Positions 10,886 to 20,969 of a stretch of 64,000 bases of DNA are shown piece after piece (position 1 is the first letter of the stretch; each line of letters starts with the position of its first letter). A program made the position numbers and the translations under genes. Source of the stretch: a virus; IMG/VR virus record IMGVR_UViG_3300028840_006907, positions 160,001 through 224,000 of that record. The stretch is one strand, 5' to 3'. The notes beneath the pieces were generated by a model. It made no database searches. It was given only the letters and a program-made list of their open reading frames with translations, and was not told the DNA's origin.

Positions 10886-11299
10886 TCATGCTCTGAGAGA
10901 GAATTTTTCTTTCCATAACCGTCTCATAAATCCGTTAGCTGTCTGTAAATTATCTTCAGTTGTTTCTTCCTGATAATCCCGACATGATGCTAACATGGGC
11001 CGAAGATCATCTACAATAGGACTATTTTGGTTATCGAAAAATCTATCACCAGTAATTTCTCCATTCTCAATTTTCCTATAATGTATATGTCCACAGTTAG
11101 GGCAATGTACACGATGATTCCCATTCAAAGACATATTCATTTTGATATCAAAATATTTCCCACAGCTACTACAATAAAATTCTACCTTTTGACGCATCCC
11201 TTTTACCTTGTCTTGGCCCTTTTTGGTACAGTTTGTTATATATTTTACGAGATTAAGAACCCGTTTCATTAAGTAAATTTTTTTAAATTTTTTAGGCAA
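10886..11299 (-). CDS. zinc-ribbon protein
   Basis: CSSCG...CPNCGH paired CxxC. Confidence 0.3.
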   Translation of the reverse strand: MPKKFKKIYLMKRVLNLVKYITNCTKKGQDKVKGMRQKVEFYCSSCGKYFDIKMNMSLNGNHRVHCPNCGHIHYRKIENGEITGDRFFDNQNSPIVDDLRPMLASCRDYQEETTEDNLQTANGFMRRLWKEKFSLRA

Positions 11300-11711
11300 T
11301 CACTGTATCTTGTTATTTTAAAACCCCTTTCAGAAAATATTTTTTTTCGTTTTTTTATTAGGATCAGGTTTATTCTTATCTCCATATTCATGATCCATGA
11401 CAATATTTTTAATTTCATTCCAATACATATAAAGAGTCCCTTTTCCATCAGGAAATGGTATTCCGATTCTCAATGTCTCTTTTTCATATTCTGAGATTTC
11501 TATATTATATGTTCTATCCGATTGCTCTGATATATGCACTTCTGCAGATCCTGTGCCAATGTTAATTCGAGCTTCTTCATATGACTTTATTTTATTATTC
11601 ATTGTAATTTTCTTCTAATATTGGTTTTATATTATGCTCTGTAATATTTATACATGTGTGCAGATGCAATTATCTCAATTTTTTTTATTTTTTTTATCAG
11701 GCTAAATTTTA

Positions 11712-12353
11712 ATGAAAAATTTGGGCAAAACAATTGATCGATTAATCTCAATTGACCAGGGTCTTGAAAAATCTTTAAAACCCATAAAAAACAAATGGAA
11801 ACGATGGCCTAAAAGAACTATGAACTATTGGGCTGAACTTCTGGAAGTTTTAAATTCGGATGATTTGATGGAGCATCCTGATCGTGATAAAATGAGTCAA
11901 GTTCTTAATGATGCCAAAAAAAGGAAACGTCCTAATTATTCTTTTGAAGTAATATCAATGCATGATAGGATTGTAGGTCCTTTAACAGGTCTTTTAGCTG
12001 ATAAAATAAGACGTTTGGATCTCAGATCAATAAAAATAGGAAGAGACCGTGCTGAGGCTAATATGACGCATAATTTAAAGATGCAGATTGATGTGGCACG
12101 AAGAGAGCAACTTTTAGAAATTGAAACCAAAAAAATATGGGTTGCTTTAAGAGATGAATTTAAATTATGGACAAAGCCTGGTTATTACAATATCAAAGTT
12201 TCAACTGAAAATAATATCCTTTATATGGTGGAACAACTCCCACAACCTCAGTTGGTCGGACCAGGTGTAATAAAGATGAATCCGGATATGTTAAAAAAAT
12301 TTTTTGATTTTATGGGGATGGATCCTCCCCCCGAACTTTTTGGAGGTAAATAG
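11712..12353 (+). CDS. hypothetical protein
   Basis: 213-aa ORF, first gene of a three-gene plus-strand island. Confidence 0.3.
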   Translation: MKNLGKTIDRLISIDQGLEKSLKPIKNKWKRWPKRTMNYWAELLEVLNSDDLMEHPDRDKMSQVLNDAKKRKRPNYSFEVISMHDRIVGPLTGLLADKIRRLDLRSIKIGRDRAEANMTHNLKMQIDVARREQLLEIETKKIWVALRDEFKLWTKPGYYNIKVSTENNILYMVEQLPQPQLVGPGVIKMNPDMLKKFFDFMGMDPPPELFGGK

Positions 12354-12889
12354 TGATCAGAGCATTAAGAGTAGTTGAAGCATATTTAAAAGAAGCCTAT
12401 GATTTCAGCTCAGTCCAGGCTGAATTTCCTGAGAAGATAGCCCAGGAGCTTCGGGATTGGGGGTATAAACATATTCCTGAAGAAGCTCTTTCTGGTGACG
12501 GGTTTGAAGATGATAAACATGTGACTATTAAGTACGGAATCCATATTAATGATTTTACTGAAATAAGAGATCTGTTTAAAGATGAAAAACCGATAGAGAT
12601 GGTCCTTGGTAAAATGACCCTTTTTACTTCAAGTCCTGATTTTGATGTATTGAAAATTGATATTAAATCACCGGCTCTGCATCGATTAAACAAAGCTGTA
12701 TCAAAAAATTTTGAAGTCACAGATACACATCCAGAATACCTACCCCATTGCACAATAGCATATGTGAAGAAAGGTGCTGCAGATCCCTTTAATGGCGATA
12801 CTACATTTGAGGGTCGTAAGGTAATATCAGATTTAATTCTTTTTTCAGGAAAAGATAATCGTCATACGGAATTTAAATTGGTTAAATAA
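12353..12889 (+). CDS. 2H phosphoesterase (LigT/2'-5' RNA ligase / cyclic phosphodiesterase family)
   Basis: Two H-x-T-x motifs (DKHVTIKYG and LPHCTIAYV) at the spacing expected for the 2H fold. Confidence 0.55.
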   Translation: MIRALRVVEAYLKEAYDFSSVQAEFPEKIAQELRDWGYKHIPEEALSGDGFEDDKHVTIKYGIHINDFTEIRDLFKDEKPIEMVLGKMTLFTSSPDFDVLKIDIKSPALHRLNKAVSKNFEVTDTHPEYLPHCTIAYVKKGAADPFNGDTTFEGRKVISDLILFSGKDNRHTEFKLVK

Positions 12890-13681
12890 ATGAAATACGA
12901 TGTGATCATAATAATAGGTGGTGGTATTAATAAAGACGGTGACCTTCCTGAAGAGGCATCATTACGGGTCAAGGAAGGGGTAAAGAAGTATAATGATGGT
13001 ATTGCCCCGAAAATATTGATGTCAGGGCGTTGGGGTAAAGATATAGATTTTACTCCGAAGAAGAAAGAAGCAATAGCTATGAAAGAGATGGCTGTTGATT
13101 TAGGTGTACCATCCAAGGATATTTTAATTGAAACTAGGGCTATGGATACTTTAAGTAATGCTAAAGAATCTAAAAAAATTATTGATAATAGTGATTGGAA
13201 AAATATTCTTGTTGTAACCTTGGATTTTCATAAGGATCGGACTGAAAAAATATTTAGAGATATTTTCGGTGATTCTTATAATATAGATGTCTATGGAGGT
13301 AAGAGTAATTTAGAAGAGTCATTATATAAGAGACATCTGAAAATGGAAGATTTAAAAATGAAAAGATATGAGAGACAGAAAAAGTTTTCTTCTATAATAG
13401 ATACACTTGATCAAATTGCTGATGATATAGAATTACAGGATAAAAGAATTGCTCTGGCAATAGATATTGTCAGTGATCAAATAGAGAAGAGGGCTTTTTT
13501 CAATCAATCCACTTGGTTACCTGGGCGTTGTACAAGAACATATCCAAATAGGAATCAGAAATCTCATAGTAGATATGAGAAAAGAGCTACTTATATATGT
13601 ATTGCTTGTAATTTACGAAGATATTCGGCGAGTGAGTATTGCCCTCGATGCGGTCATTCTATGCAAAAGATCTTCTGCTAG
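12890..13681 (+). CDS. DUF218/YdcF-like domain protein with C-terminal zinc ribbon
   Basis: IIIIGGGINKDG...ILMSGRWG pattern typical of YdcF/ElyC-like domain; C-terminal CIACN...CPRCGH. Confidence 0.4.
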   Translation: MKYDVIIIIGGGINKDGDLPEEASLRVKEGVKKYNDGIAPKILMSGRWGKDIDFTPKKKEAIAMKEMAVDLGVPSKDILIETRAMDTLSNAKESKKIIDNSDWKNILVVTLDFHKDRTEKIFRDIFGDSYNIDVYGGKSNLEESLYKRHLKMEDLKMKRYERQKKFSSIIDTLDQIADDIELQDKRIALAIDIVSDQIEKRAFFNQSTWLPGRCTRTYPNRNQKSHSRYEKRATYICIACNLRRYSASEYCPRCGHSMQKIFC

Positions 13682-13937
13682 GTGTTCTTTTCCTAGCTTC
13701 ATTAATTTTTAGATTTCTACCACCTAATTCTCTGTTATTTAAGTTAGAGATAGCATCATCTGCTTCGCTATCCTTACTCATTTCGACAAAACCAAAACCT
13801 CGTGAACGGCCTGTATCACGATCTTTAATGATTTGAGCTGATACAACTGTACCAAAAGTACTGAAAAGTTCTTTTAATTCATCTTCTGTGGTTTTCCATT
13901 GAAGATTACCAACATAAATTTTCTTGTTTGGCAACAT
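13659..13937 (-). CDS. RRM-type RNA-binding protein
   Basis: RNP-2 (IYVGNL) and RNP-1 (RGFGFVEM) motifs at canonical spacing. Confidence 0.7.
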   Translation of the reverse strand: MLPNKKIYVGNLQWKTTEDELKELFSTFGTVVSAQIIKDRDTGRSRGFGFVEMSKDSEADDAISNLNNRELGGRNLKINEARKRTPSRRSFA

Positions 13938-13982
13938 ATCCTCCGATTAATTTTAAATAAATTTAGTAGGCAGTAATATAAT

Positions 13983-14906
13983 TTAAATGCCTGTTTGTAG
14001 TCTATAACTGATTAAAACTCTTTTTTGTATTGTATTTCCATAAATTCTGTGATCGAAAGCATCTTTCCCTTTTGTCTTTACCCATAAAAAGCCGTCTTTA
14101 TATTTAACTAGTGCGAATTGGCCTTTTAATTTTTTTCCATTAAAATTGAGAATATACTTGGTATCTCCTTCGGAATAAATAAGATCGAAAGTACCTTTAT
14201 CCCAAATTTTAACTTTACCTGCACCATAACCATCTTTTATTTCACCTTCGAATTGGCCATAAGCTATGGGATGATCTTCAGTTTCAATCAGATATACTTT
14301 GTTCTTTCTGGTAGGAATTTCGCGCAGTTTATTAACGAAAGACCTGTATACTGTTCCTGGATCCTTTGATCCTTTACCTGTAGGTTCATTGGTTTGAGGT
14401 CTCTTTTTATCATAGTTTTTAAGGGATCTTTCTAGTGATTTTACGGGGAATTCAAGTCTAACATCCCAATGTTTTCCAGCTTTGTCAGCTTCATGATTAT
14501 GGATAACGAATTTACCTTTATAACCTTGTTTCATTTTTTCCAGGTCATATCCGGCTGTAATAGTTCTGACTATATGAGATTCACCATTTATGCTTCGATT
14601 TATGATTGATGCAATTTTTTTGGATAACTTTTTATATTCTTCTGCGAAGGCATCAAATTTTTGAATAGCTTTTTTGATCTCATATTCTTTTACACCAGAA
14701 AGTGCTATTACAATTTGAGAGTCTTTTCGGTTAATGGTAAAACCGTGTTTACTTGCTATTTTAAAAACTCTTTTAGAAGGTTCATTATTAAAAATAAAAG
14801 CCCAATGATTTTTATACCATCCTAAACTAGCGGGTTTTTCTGGTATTAGGGCTTCAGCAGCATTTATGAGAGGTCCCTCTAAATGTATATGAGCTATTTT
14901 ATCCAT
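13983..14906 (-). CDS. protein with LigD-type 3'-phosphoesterase (LigD_N/PE) domain
   Basis: C-terminal half matches the LigD PE signature: FVIHNHEADKAGKHWDVRLE ... EDHPIAYGQFEGEIKDGYGAGKVKIWDKG. Confidence 0.65.
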   Translation of the reverse strand: MDKIAHIHLEGPLINAAEALIPEKPASLGWYKNHWAFIFNNEPSKRVFKIASKHGFTINRKDSQIVIALSGVKEYEIKKAIQKFDAFAEEYKKLSKKIASIINRSINGESHIVRTITAGYDLEKMKQGYKGKFVIHNHEADKAGKHWDVRLEFPVKSLERSLKNYDKKRPQTNEPTGKGSKDPGTVYRSFVNKLREIPTRKNKVYLIETEDHPIAYGQFEGEIKDGYGAGKVKIWDKGTFDLIYSEGDTKYILNFNGKKLKGQFALVKYKDGFLWVKTKGKDAFDHRIYGNTIQKRVLISYRLQTGI

Positions 14907-15768
14907 AAGTTTCTGTTAATACCGGTTTCTTACCTTTAAGTTTTAACCATTCATATTTCTTTTTGTTGTTTTTTAAATGGTTTAAATATTCTTCTGTAAC
15001 AGTGATTTCTTTAAATTCCCCATCTATAAATTCATTTATTACTTCTCCTACTTTAGGAAGGGGCTCTTCTGAAAGTGGGGTTGAAGGGATTGTTTCTCCT
15101 TTTTGATGTTGTTGCTCTCGTTTTCTTAACCTTTTTATTTTACTTACTTCTGCTGGTGAAAGGGGTTCACCATAAAGGCTTTCTTTTTTAAGATAAGCTG
15201 ATAATACTCTGTGGGCAGCTTCTTTATTTTTTGTATCCTCCATATTAATTGACGCTCCTTCTCTATATTTATTTATAACTTTCATAGCTTTCTTTTTTCG
15301 TTGTCTCCACATATTGAGACATTGAGCCACTGCTTCATCATGGTCTTTTTTCTCAACTTTTAATAATTGGTGCATACAAGCAGACATCCATTCTTTTTCA
15401 TTTTTAAATTTATTTGGATTAGGCATATCAATAACCTTTTTTAAAGATGTTTTTATTTTGATATCTGTAAAAGCTCTTTTAAGAATATCTTCAGTTTCTT
15501 CAATTCCTTCGAGATAGGATTTAAATTCCTCCGGTCTTAGATAGACGAGAAGACGTAGAAATTCCCCGGCATGAACAACTTCTTCTTCTGCGATATCTCT
15601 CAATACATTCTCAACTTTACTATCTTTTATAGAATCAGCCAATTGGGTATATAATTGAACCGCTTCATATTCTGCTGCAATTAAAAATCTAATCGCTCTT
15701 ATAATCTCTTCTTTATCTAAATTTCGGTCATTTCTCAATCCCGAAAAAGGTGTCCCAAAGTCAGGCAT
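14899..15768 (-). CDS. ferritin-like (rubrerythrin/EncFtn-like) domain protein
   Basis: Helix pair with AAEYEAVQLY and EEEVVHAGEF (E...E / ExxH diiron-type motifs); remainder K-rich. Confidence 0.35.
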   Translation of the reverse strand: MPDFGTPFSGLRNDRNLDKEEIIRAIRFLIAAEYEAVQLYTQLADSIKDSKVENVLRDIAEEEVVHAGEFLRLLVYLRPEEFKSYLEGIEETEDILKRAFTDIKIKTSLKKVIDMPNPNKFKNEKEWMSACMHQLLKVEKKDHDEAVAQCLNMWRQRKKKAMKVINKYREGASINMEDTKNKEAAHRVLSAYLKKESLYGEPLSPAEVSKIKRLRKREQQHQKGETIPSTPLSEEPLPKVGEVINEFIDGEFKEITVTEEYLNHLKNNKKKYEWLKLKGKKPVLTETYG

Positions 15769-15782
15769 AATATTATTTCTCC

Positions 15783-16076
15783 TTAAATTATTGGTATTGA
15801 AACCACATTTTGGTGAGGGTGAAAGAAAACTTTATGACCATGAATATCTATTTCTATAATTTTATCTTTTAAAGTAAAACGATAATAATTACGGCCTTTT
15901 TCAACTCCACTCACATTTGTTTTATTTATTACCTGATCAACTTTGTGCTTTTTAATAAATTCTTTTGTGTTTTTTGATAATTTTTTAAATTGATCATTTA
16001 AATTGTCATCATTAAAATCGATGGTAGCTTCATCACTAACAGCTCTTTTATATTCATTCCATGAAATCTTTTCCAT
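15783..16076 (-). CDS. small protein, tandem paralog A
   Basis: N-terminus KISWNEYKRAVSDE resembles neighbour. Confidence 0.3.
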   Translation of the reverse strand: MEKISWNEYKRAVSDEATIDFNDDNLNDQFKKLSKNTKEFIKKHKVDQVINKTNVSGVEKGRNYYRFTLKDKIIEIDIHGHKVFFHPHQNVVSIPII

Positions 16077-16375
16077 TATTCTTCCTCTTTAAAAGCATCT
16101 GGAAAATACACCGATGTTTTATTCGGCGCTGTACCCAAAGAAATGGCTTCTTTGAGTATTATTCTCATATCGTAAGCAGAAATTACATCGTCTTTTTTAA
16201 GGATAACTTCTAAAGAATCTCCATCATATCTAATCATCTTTTCAATGTGGCCTCTTTCTTTTCCCAGATCTTTTTGAAGTTTAACTGGAAGATCCGATGT
16301 CTTTTTAATTTCGATTTCTTCTGAAACTGCCATTTTATAATCATTCCATTTAACTTTTTTCATATTTGATTCCAA
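16076..16375 (-). CDS. small protein, tandem paralog B
   Basis: N-terminus KVKWNDYKMAVSEE resembles neighbour. Confidence 0.3.
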   Translation of the reverse strand: MESNMKKVKWNDYKMAVSEEIEIKKTSDLPVKLQKDLGKERGHIEKMIRYDGDSLEVILKKDDVISAYDMRIILKEAISLGTAPNKTSVYFPDAFKEEE

Positions 16376-16951
16376 TTAAGGTCCTGGTGGTATTGCTGGT
16401 TCTACATCTACATCTCTTTTAGCTTCTTCTTCCTGTCTTTTCTCTTCTGTTAATAGCTCATTTTCAGCCCATACAAAAACTTGAATGCCATCACTAGTCC
16501 AGGATAAATCTTTAAATAATTTTAAGTTTCGATCCATTCTATCAATAATATCAGGATCAATTATATCATTACGACGGATCATTACTTTATATAAAAACAT
16601 ATCACCGTCTTGTTCGTTTTCGAGAATTTGGACTTCATTTTTTTCGATTATATTATTTATACCTAATTTTTTTAAAGTAGGTAAAACCTGGTTGTAAAGA
16701 TACGAAACTTCATAAGGATTTTCTTGAGCTTTAATCAGATAAGCTGTTTCTCTTATTATGTTGGCAAGAAATGTATTTTTTTCAATTTTTTTTAATCTCT
16801 TTTCAATATTTTCCTTTTGTTTAAGAAGCCTTTTTCTCTCAGGAGTATCTACTTCCTTTTCCTTTTTTGTAGGATCATCAGGAATATTTGAAGGATTTGG
16901 GTTATTTGTTTTCCCTGGACTGGTAGTGAAATTTCTCTGTGTTATAGCCAT
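16376..16951 (-). CDS. hypothetical protein
   Basis: 191-aa ORF. Confidence 0.3.
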   Translation of the reverse strand: MAITQRNFTTSPGKTNNPNPSNIPDDPTKKEKEVDTPERKRLLKQKENIEKRLKKIEKNTFLANIIRETAYLIKAQENPYEVSYLYNQVLPTLKKLGINNIIEKNEVQILENEQDGDMFLYKVMIRRNDIIDPDIIDRMDRNLKLFKDLSWTSDGIQVFVWAENELLTEEKRQEEEAKRDVDVEPAIPPGP

Positions 16952-17013
16952 AAAGTGTATAATCCTTATCTAAAGTAAGAATTATACACTTCGTATTAAA
17001 AGATAATTAGCAA

Positions 17014-18534
17014 TTATGAATAGTTTTTTCTCCCTACAATGGTGAAGGAATTCTTTTCTTGATTATAATTTGAGTACATGATAATTAAATTATTCCCCAT
17101 ATCTTTTTTAACTTCATCAAAGAATTGTGGTACTCCACCCATCATCATATGAACGATAAAATATCCTCCAGGTCGTATAAGGCCCTTACAATTTTCATAA
17201 ACAGGTTTATTCTGTGGACTAAATCCATGTGGTCCTAGATAAAGTACAAATGGAAAACTCTCTCTTTTAAATTCGGTTCCAAGATCGTCTATATCTGGTT
17301 TAGCGAATTTATTGGTATCAACTGTAATAACATTATGATGTTTATAATAACCGGAAAAGAAACAAAGTCCTTTATCAGCAGAGAGCATATATTTGTCTAC
17401 TTCGGATAAGTCGGGAGTTATTAACATTTCTTTCATGTAATTAAAATGTTGCCCAGTGAATTTGATTTTTAAATGATCAATTGCCTGTAAAACGTCCTCA
17501 GGTCTCACCTGAGTGAAGCAAGGACTAGGGTGGCCTTTGACACAAGTTCTGAAATCATGCTTGTAGCAGGGGCTACAAACCACACTAGGATCCAATCCTA
17601 TAGCATTTTTAAAGTATCTCATTCTTACTTCACTTGGAAATGGCCCATAAAGTCCCACTAATGGTTTATCTAGTGCCCCAGCTACTTGTACCATGAATGT
17701 GTCAGGAGAGATCACCATATCGAATCTTGTGGCTAATATCATAACTTGTCTAACACTGTAGTTGGTGGCTAAATAGACATTATTATTGCCTCCTTTGAAA
17801 TAACTTCCTATTACGTTATGTTGTGGCATTCCTATTAGCACAATTTTAACTTTGTTCTCTCTTGCAAGTATATCAATGATAACTTTCATTTTTTCTTTAG
17901 GAAAATTACGTAATGGAGCAGAAGTTTCCATTTGGATTCCGATAACATATTCTTCGGATTTAATCCCTATAATTGCAAGTTCTTTTTCAAGCCAATCCAT
18001 TTCTTCTTTTACATAAAAGAGTTGTGGTTTTTTGTCCTCAGGAGGAAGATGGATGCTATCAATACTGAAATAACTAAAAAACATATCTACAGCGTGAGTT
18101 TTCTTTGATTGCTCACTAGAAGATTCTATGATACCTTGGAACATGAGATGGTAATCGACTTCTTCCAATAACTGAGCATCAAAAGGCATATCATAGAGTC
18201 CGTCTATTTCCGGAACGTTTTCAAGTGATTGCTTACATCCTGAAGCTACCCGTATGAAAGAAGTAGGATATTTTTTCTTAAGGTATCGGAGAACTGGACT
18301 AAGAAATAAGATATCACCAATACCACCAGTTCTCCAGCACATTAATTTTTTATTGGTTAAATCCTCACCTTTATATGGTCTGTATATGGTTTCAATAGGA
18401 TAAGACATTCCTATATTTTGAGGAAATAAATTACGGTATTGCCCTTCGATGTCTTCAGCCATAACATAACTATGATTGGCTTCAAGAGTTTTATCAGCAT
18501 GGGTAAATGTTTCAGATATTTCAACTTTTCTCAT
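17014..18534 (-). CDS. glycosyltransferase family 9 (heptosyltransferase-like) with C-terminal extension
   Basis: GGIGDILF motif near N-terminus and C-terminal GT9 block DMVISPDTFMVQVAGALDKPLVGLYGPF...CSPC; about 100 extra C-terminal residues (LIRPGGYFIV) of methyltransferase-like character. Confidence 0.65.
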   Translation of the reverse strand: MRKVEISETFTHADKTLEANHSYVMAEDIEGQYRNLFPQNIGMSYPIETIYRPYKGEDLTNKKLMCWRTGGIGDILFLSPVLRYLKKKYPTSFIRVASGCKQSLENVPEIDGLYDMPFDAQLLEEVDYHLMFQGIIESSSEQSKKTHAVDMFFSYFSIDSIHLPPEDKKPQLFYVKEEMDWLEKELAIIGIKSEEYVIGIQMETSAPLRNFPKEKMKVIIDILARENKVKIVLIGMPQHNVIGSYFKGGNNNVYLATNYSVRQVMILATRFDMVISPDTFMVQVAGALDKPLVGLYGPFPSEVRMRYFKNAIGLDPSVVCSPCYKHDFRTCVKGHPSPCFTQVRPEDVLQAIDHLKIKFTGQHFNYMKEMLITPDLSEVDKYMLSADKGLCFFSGYYKHHNVITVDTNKFAKPDIDDLGTEFKRESFPFVLYLGPHGFSPQNKPVYENCKGLIRPGGYFIVHMMMGGVPQFFDEVKKDMGNNLIIMYSNYNQEKNSFTIVGRKNYS

Positions 18535-18769
18535 TTTTTAACTCCTCCATCATAGAAATTGATTTTCAAGGATCCTTCCATGATCCCGTCTGGGCCTATG
18601 GCTCCTACATCATTTTTAAGAAAAAGAGGCCATCGTTTATCAAATTCTCCGGTAGCAAATATTCCTTTTTCTTCCATCATTTTAATTAGTAAGTTGATAC
18701 GTAAATCAATATTGTAGATATTCATCCGGTATTGATCTAAGATTTGATTTTGTTGAGCTGTTCTTAAAC

Positions 18770-19723
18770 TTAGAAGCTCAGTACTCTCACCTGGCATGGT
18801 GCCTCCTTTTCAAGTTGATATAATTTGTGATATAACAATTTTTCTTTTTCAGAAATTATTGAAGGTATTTTTATTTTAATAATTGCTTTAAAGTCCCCGA
18901 CTTCTTTTTTGTATGTTATTCCTTTGTTTTTGAATTCTATTTTCTGCCCGTATTGTGTCCCAGGAGGGATTTTTATGTTCACAGTTTTTTTGAAAACTTT
19001 AAGATTAAACGAATCTCCAAGTATTGCTTGAATAGGGCTAATGGTTATTTTTCCAATAATATCAAGGCCATTTACATAGTATCTGGGATCTTCTTTAATA
19101 ATTAGACTTACAATTAAATCGCCAGGAGATCCCCCAGGAATACAATTGCCAAGTTTAGGTATTCTTATGATTTCTAAAAGTGGGTTAAGGGTTATTGTAT
19201 GCTGAATTATCTCAGGCTGGAGAGCAGTTCCATTACATATCTTACATTGATCTCCTTCAGGAATTCTTCCCATACCTTTGCAATATGTACATTTCTTTTT
19301 AGATCCTAGTATCAGTGATAATCCCTGTAAGCCAGTGCCATTACAGTATACACATTTTTTTAATAGCCTCTCTGCTGAACCTGTGCCCGAGCAATCTTTG
19401 CATGGCCCTTTTCTTTTAATTACAATTAATTTATTTATACTTTGAATTAGGTCCATTCTGGTCACGTTTATAGAGACTTTTAAATTGCTTCCTTGTTTGA
19501 AACTTCTTTTCTTTACGAATTGGTTGTCATATTTTTTTCTTTTATTCTCATCTTTTAAAACTTCATAGGCATCTGTGGCTTCTCTGAATTTTTCTTCAGC
19601 AATTTTATCATCAGGGTTTTTGTCAGGATGATACTTTATAGCCAACTTTCGATAAGCGACTTTAATCTCTATATCTGTAGCATCTTCTGGTATATTTAAG
19701 ATCTTATAATAGTTCTTATTCAT
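18770..19723 (-). CDS. dnaJ: DnaJ/Hsp40-type co-chaperone
   Basis: J domain with HPD motif (KYHPDKNP) and four CxxCxGxG zinc-finger repeats. Confidence 0.85.
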   Translation of the reverse strand: MNKNYYKILNIPEDATDIEIKVAYRKLAIKYHPDKNPDDKIAEEKFREATDAYEVLKDENKRKKYDNQFVKKRSFKQGSNLKVSINVTRMDLIQSINKLIVIKRKGPCKDCSGTGSAERLLKKCVYCNGTGLQGLSLILGSKKKCTYCKGMGRIPEGDQCKICNGTALQPEIIQHTITLNPLLEIIRIPKLGNCIPGGSPGDLIVSLIIKEDPRYYVNGLDIIGKITISPIQAILGDSFNLKVFKKTVNIKIPPGTQYGQKIEFKNKGITYKKEVGDFKAIIKIKIPSIISEKEKLLYHKLYQLEKEAPCQVRVLSF

Positions 19724-19819
19724 TTCAAAAAATAGAAAAAAGTTTCAAAAGATTATTAATGGGTTTAATAATTATACGATATCTGGAAGTGATCGCGATA
19801 AGTAAAAAATTTTTTATTT

Positions 19820-20230
19820 TTAGGTGTAGGTATAAAAGAAGCGAAAATTAGGTTCATCAATTCCGGATCTGGTAGTGACTTGTGAGTCTATCCATAGATA
19901 ATAGGACGAAGTGGTATCCCAATTAACTGAGACTCCGTTTGGAGAGGATGCCGTAGCATCAGGGACTTCTGTAAAGTGAGTAGATAATTTGTTACTCCCT
20001 GATTCTATCGAGGATTCGAAAGCTGAGGAGATATAATACCCAAATTCAGTATCTTTCCATGTCCCTTTGTTTTCAAGATAAACTTTGAAATCTGTTATAT
20101 TTTCATTGGAGAAGGCTCTTAAAACAATAGGTTTAACTGAGTGTTGATTTTGGATAATATCACCAAAATTTAAAGCACTGACTTGTTCAATGAGATCACC
20201 AGTAATATAATCATATGTTTCGAAATACAT
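19820..20230 (-). CDS. hypothetical protein
   Basis: 136-aa ORF. Confidence 0.3.
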   Translation of the reverse strand: MYFETYDYITGDLIEQVSALNFGDIIQNQHSVKPIVLRAFSNENITDFKVYLENKGTWKDTEFGYYISSAFESSIESGSNKLSTHFTEVPDATASSPNGVSVNWDTTSSYYLWIDSQVTTRSGIDEPNFRFFYTYT

Positions 20231-20254
20231 ACTAGTGAACGGAATATTAAAAGA

Positions 20255-20299
20255 TAATCAAAAAAGGTAAAGGCTGAAGAGAGGCCAATCTCTTCAGCC
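20255..20299 (-). terminator. Rho-independent terminator (minus strand)
   Basis: Perfect 12-bp stem (aggctgaagaga / tctcttcagcct, loop ggccaa) followed on the minus strand by UUACCUUUUUUG; lies downstream of the 20364..20561 gene. Confidence 0.6.
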
Positions 20300-20564
20300 T
20301 TTGGCTCATATAGTTTAAAGGAAAACAAATAGAAAATATTTAAAAAGAAAGGAATCGTGCCCTTTAATTTTTGACTGTTTTATAACGAAGGTTTCCTTCG
20401 GGATCACAAAACGAAGTGTAAACTTTTCCACCACCGATGCCGAGGAGAACTGTGATAAAGATATTAGACCAGATATTTAAATGACTGAAACAAAAGAGTA
20501 ATATCATAAGGACAGTTAATATTGAAAATATGATTGTTGCTACAGTTTTATTGGTTTTCATTGG

Positions 20565-20966
20565 TTACCTCTTTCTCAAAGATGAAAAAATGGATTTTAA
20601 ACGAGCATCAGAAAGTAACTCTTCTTGTAAACGTTTCTGACAAGCTGTACATTTTTCTATATGTCCTGCAATAATTTCTTTTTGAATATTATTAAGATTG
20701 TCTATCCAATTATAATTGCTATCATTAATATCTTCTGTAAAAACATAGGCATTAATATGACCTTTTGGATCAAAAATTTCATGACGTAATAGGAACTCAT
20801 TACCACATTTATCACACTTACTAAGTTCATCCCAATGTTTCGGTTCGCTCCATCTCTTTTCTAAATAGGTTATATTATTAACGTCTGTAAGATTAGTACC
20901 ACATTTTTTGCAGTTAGTTTTTTTATCATCTAATTTAATAATCTGAATGCCTGTTGGTTTTTTCAT
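20565..20966 (-). CDS. zinc-ribbon protein
   Basis: Three CxxC pairs (CKKCG, CDKCG, CTACQ). Confidence 0.3.
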   Translation of the reverse strand: MKKPTGIQIIKLDDKKTNCKKCGTNLTDVNNITYLEKRWSEPKHWDELSKCDKCGNEFLLRHEIFDPKGHINAYVFTEDINDSNYNWIDNLNNIQKEIIAGHIEKCTACQKRLQEELLSDARLKSIFSSLRKR

Positions 20967-20969
20967 TTT

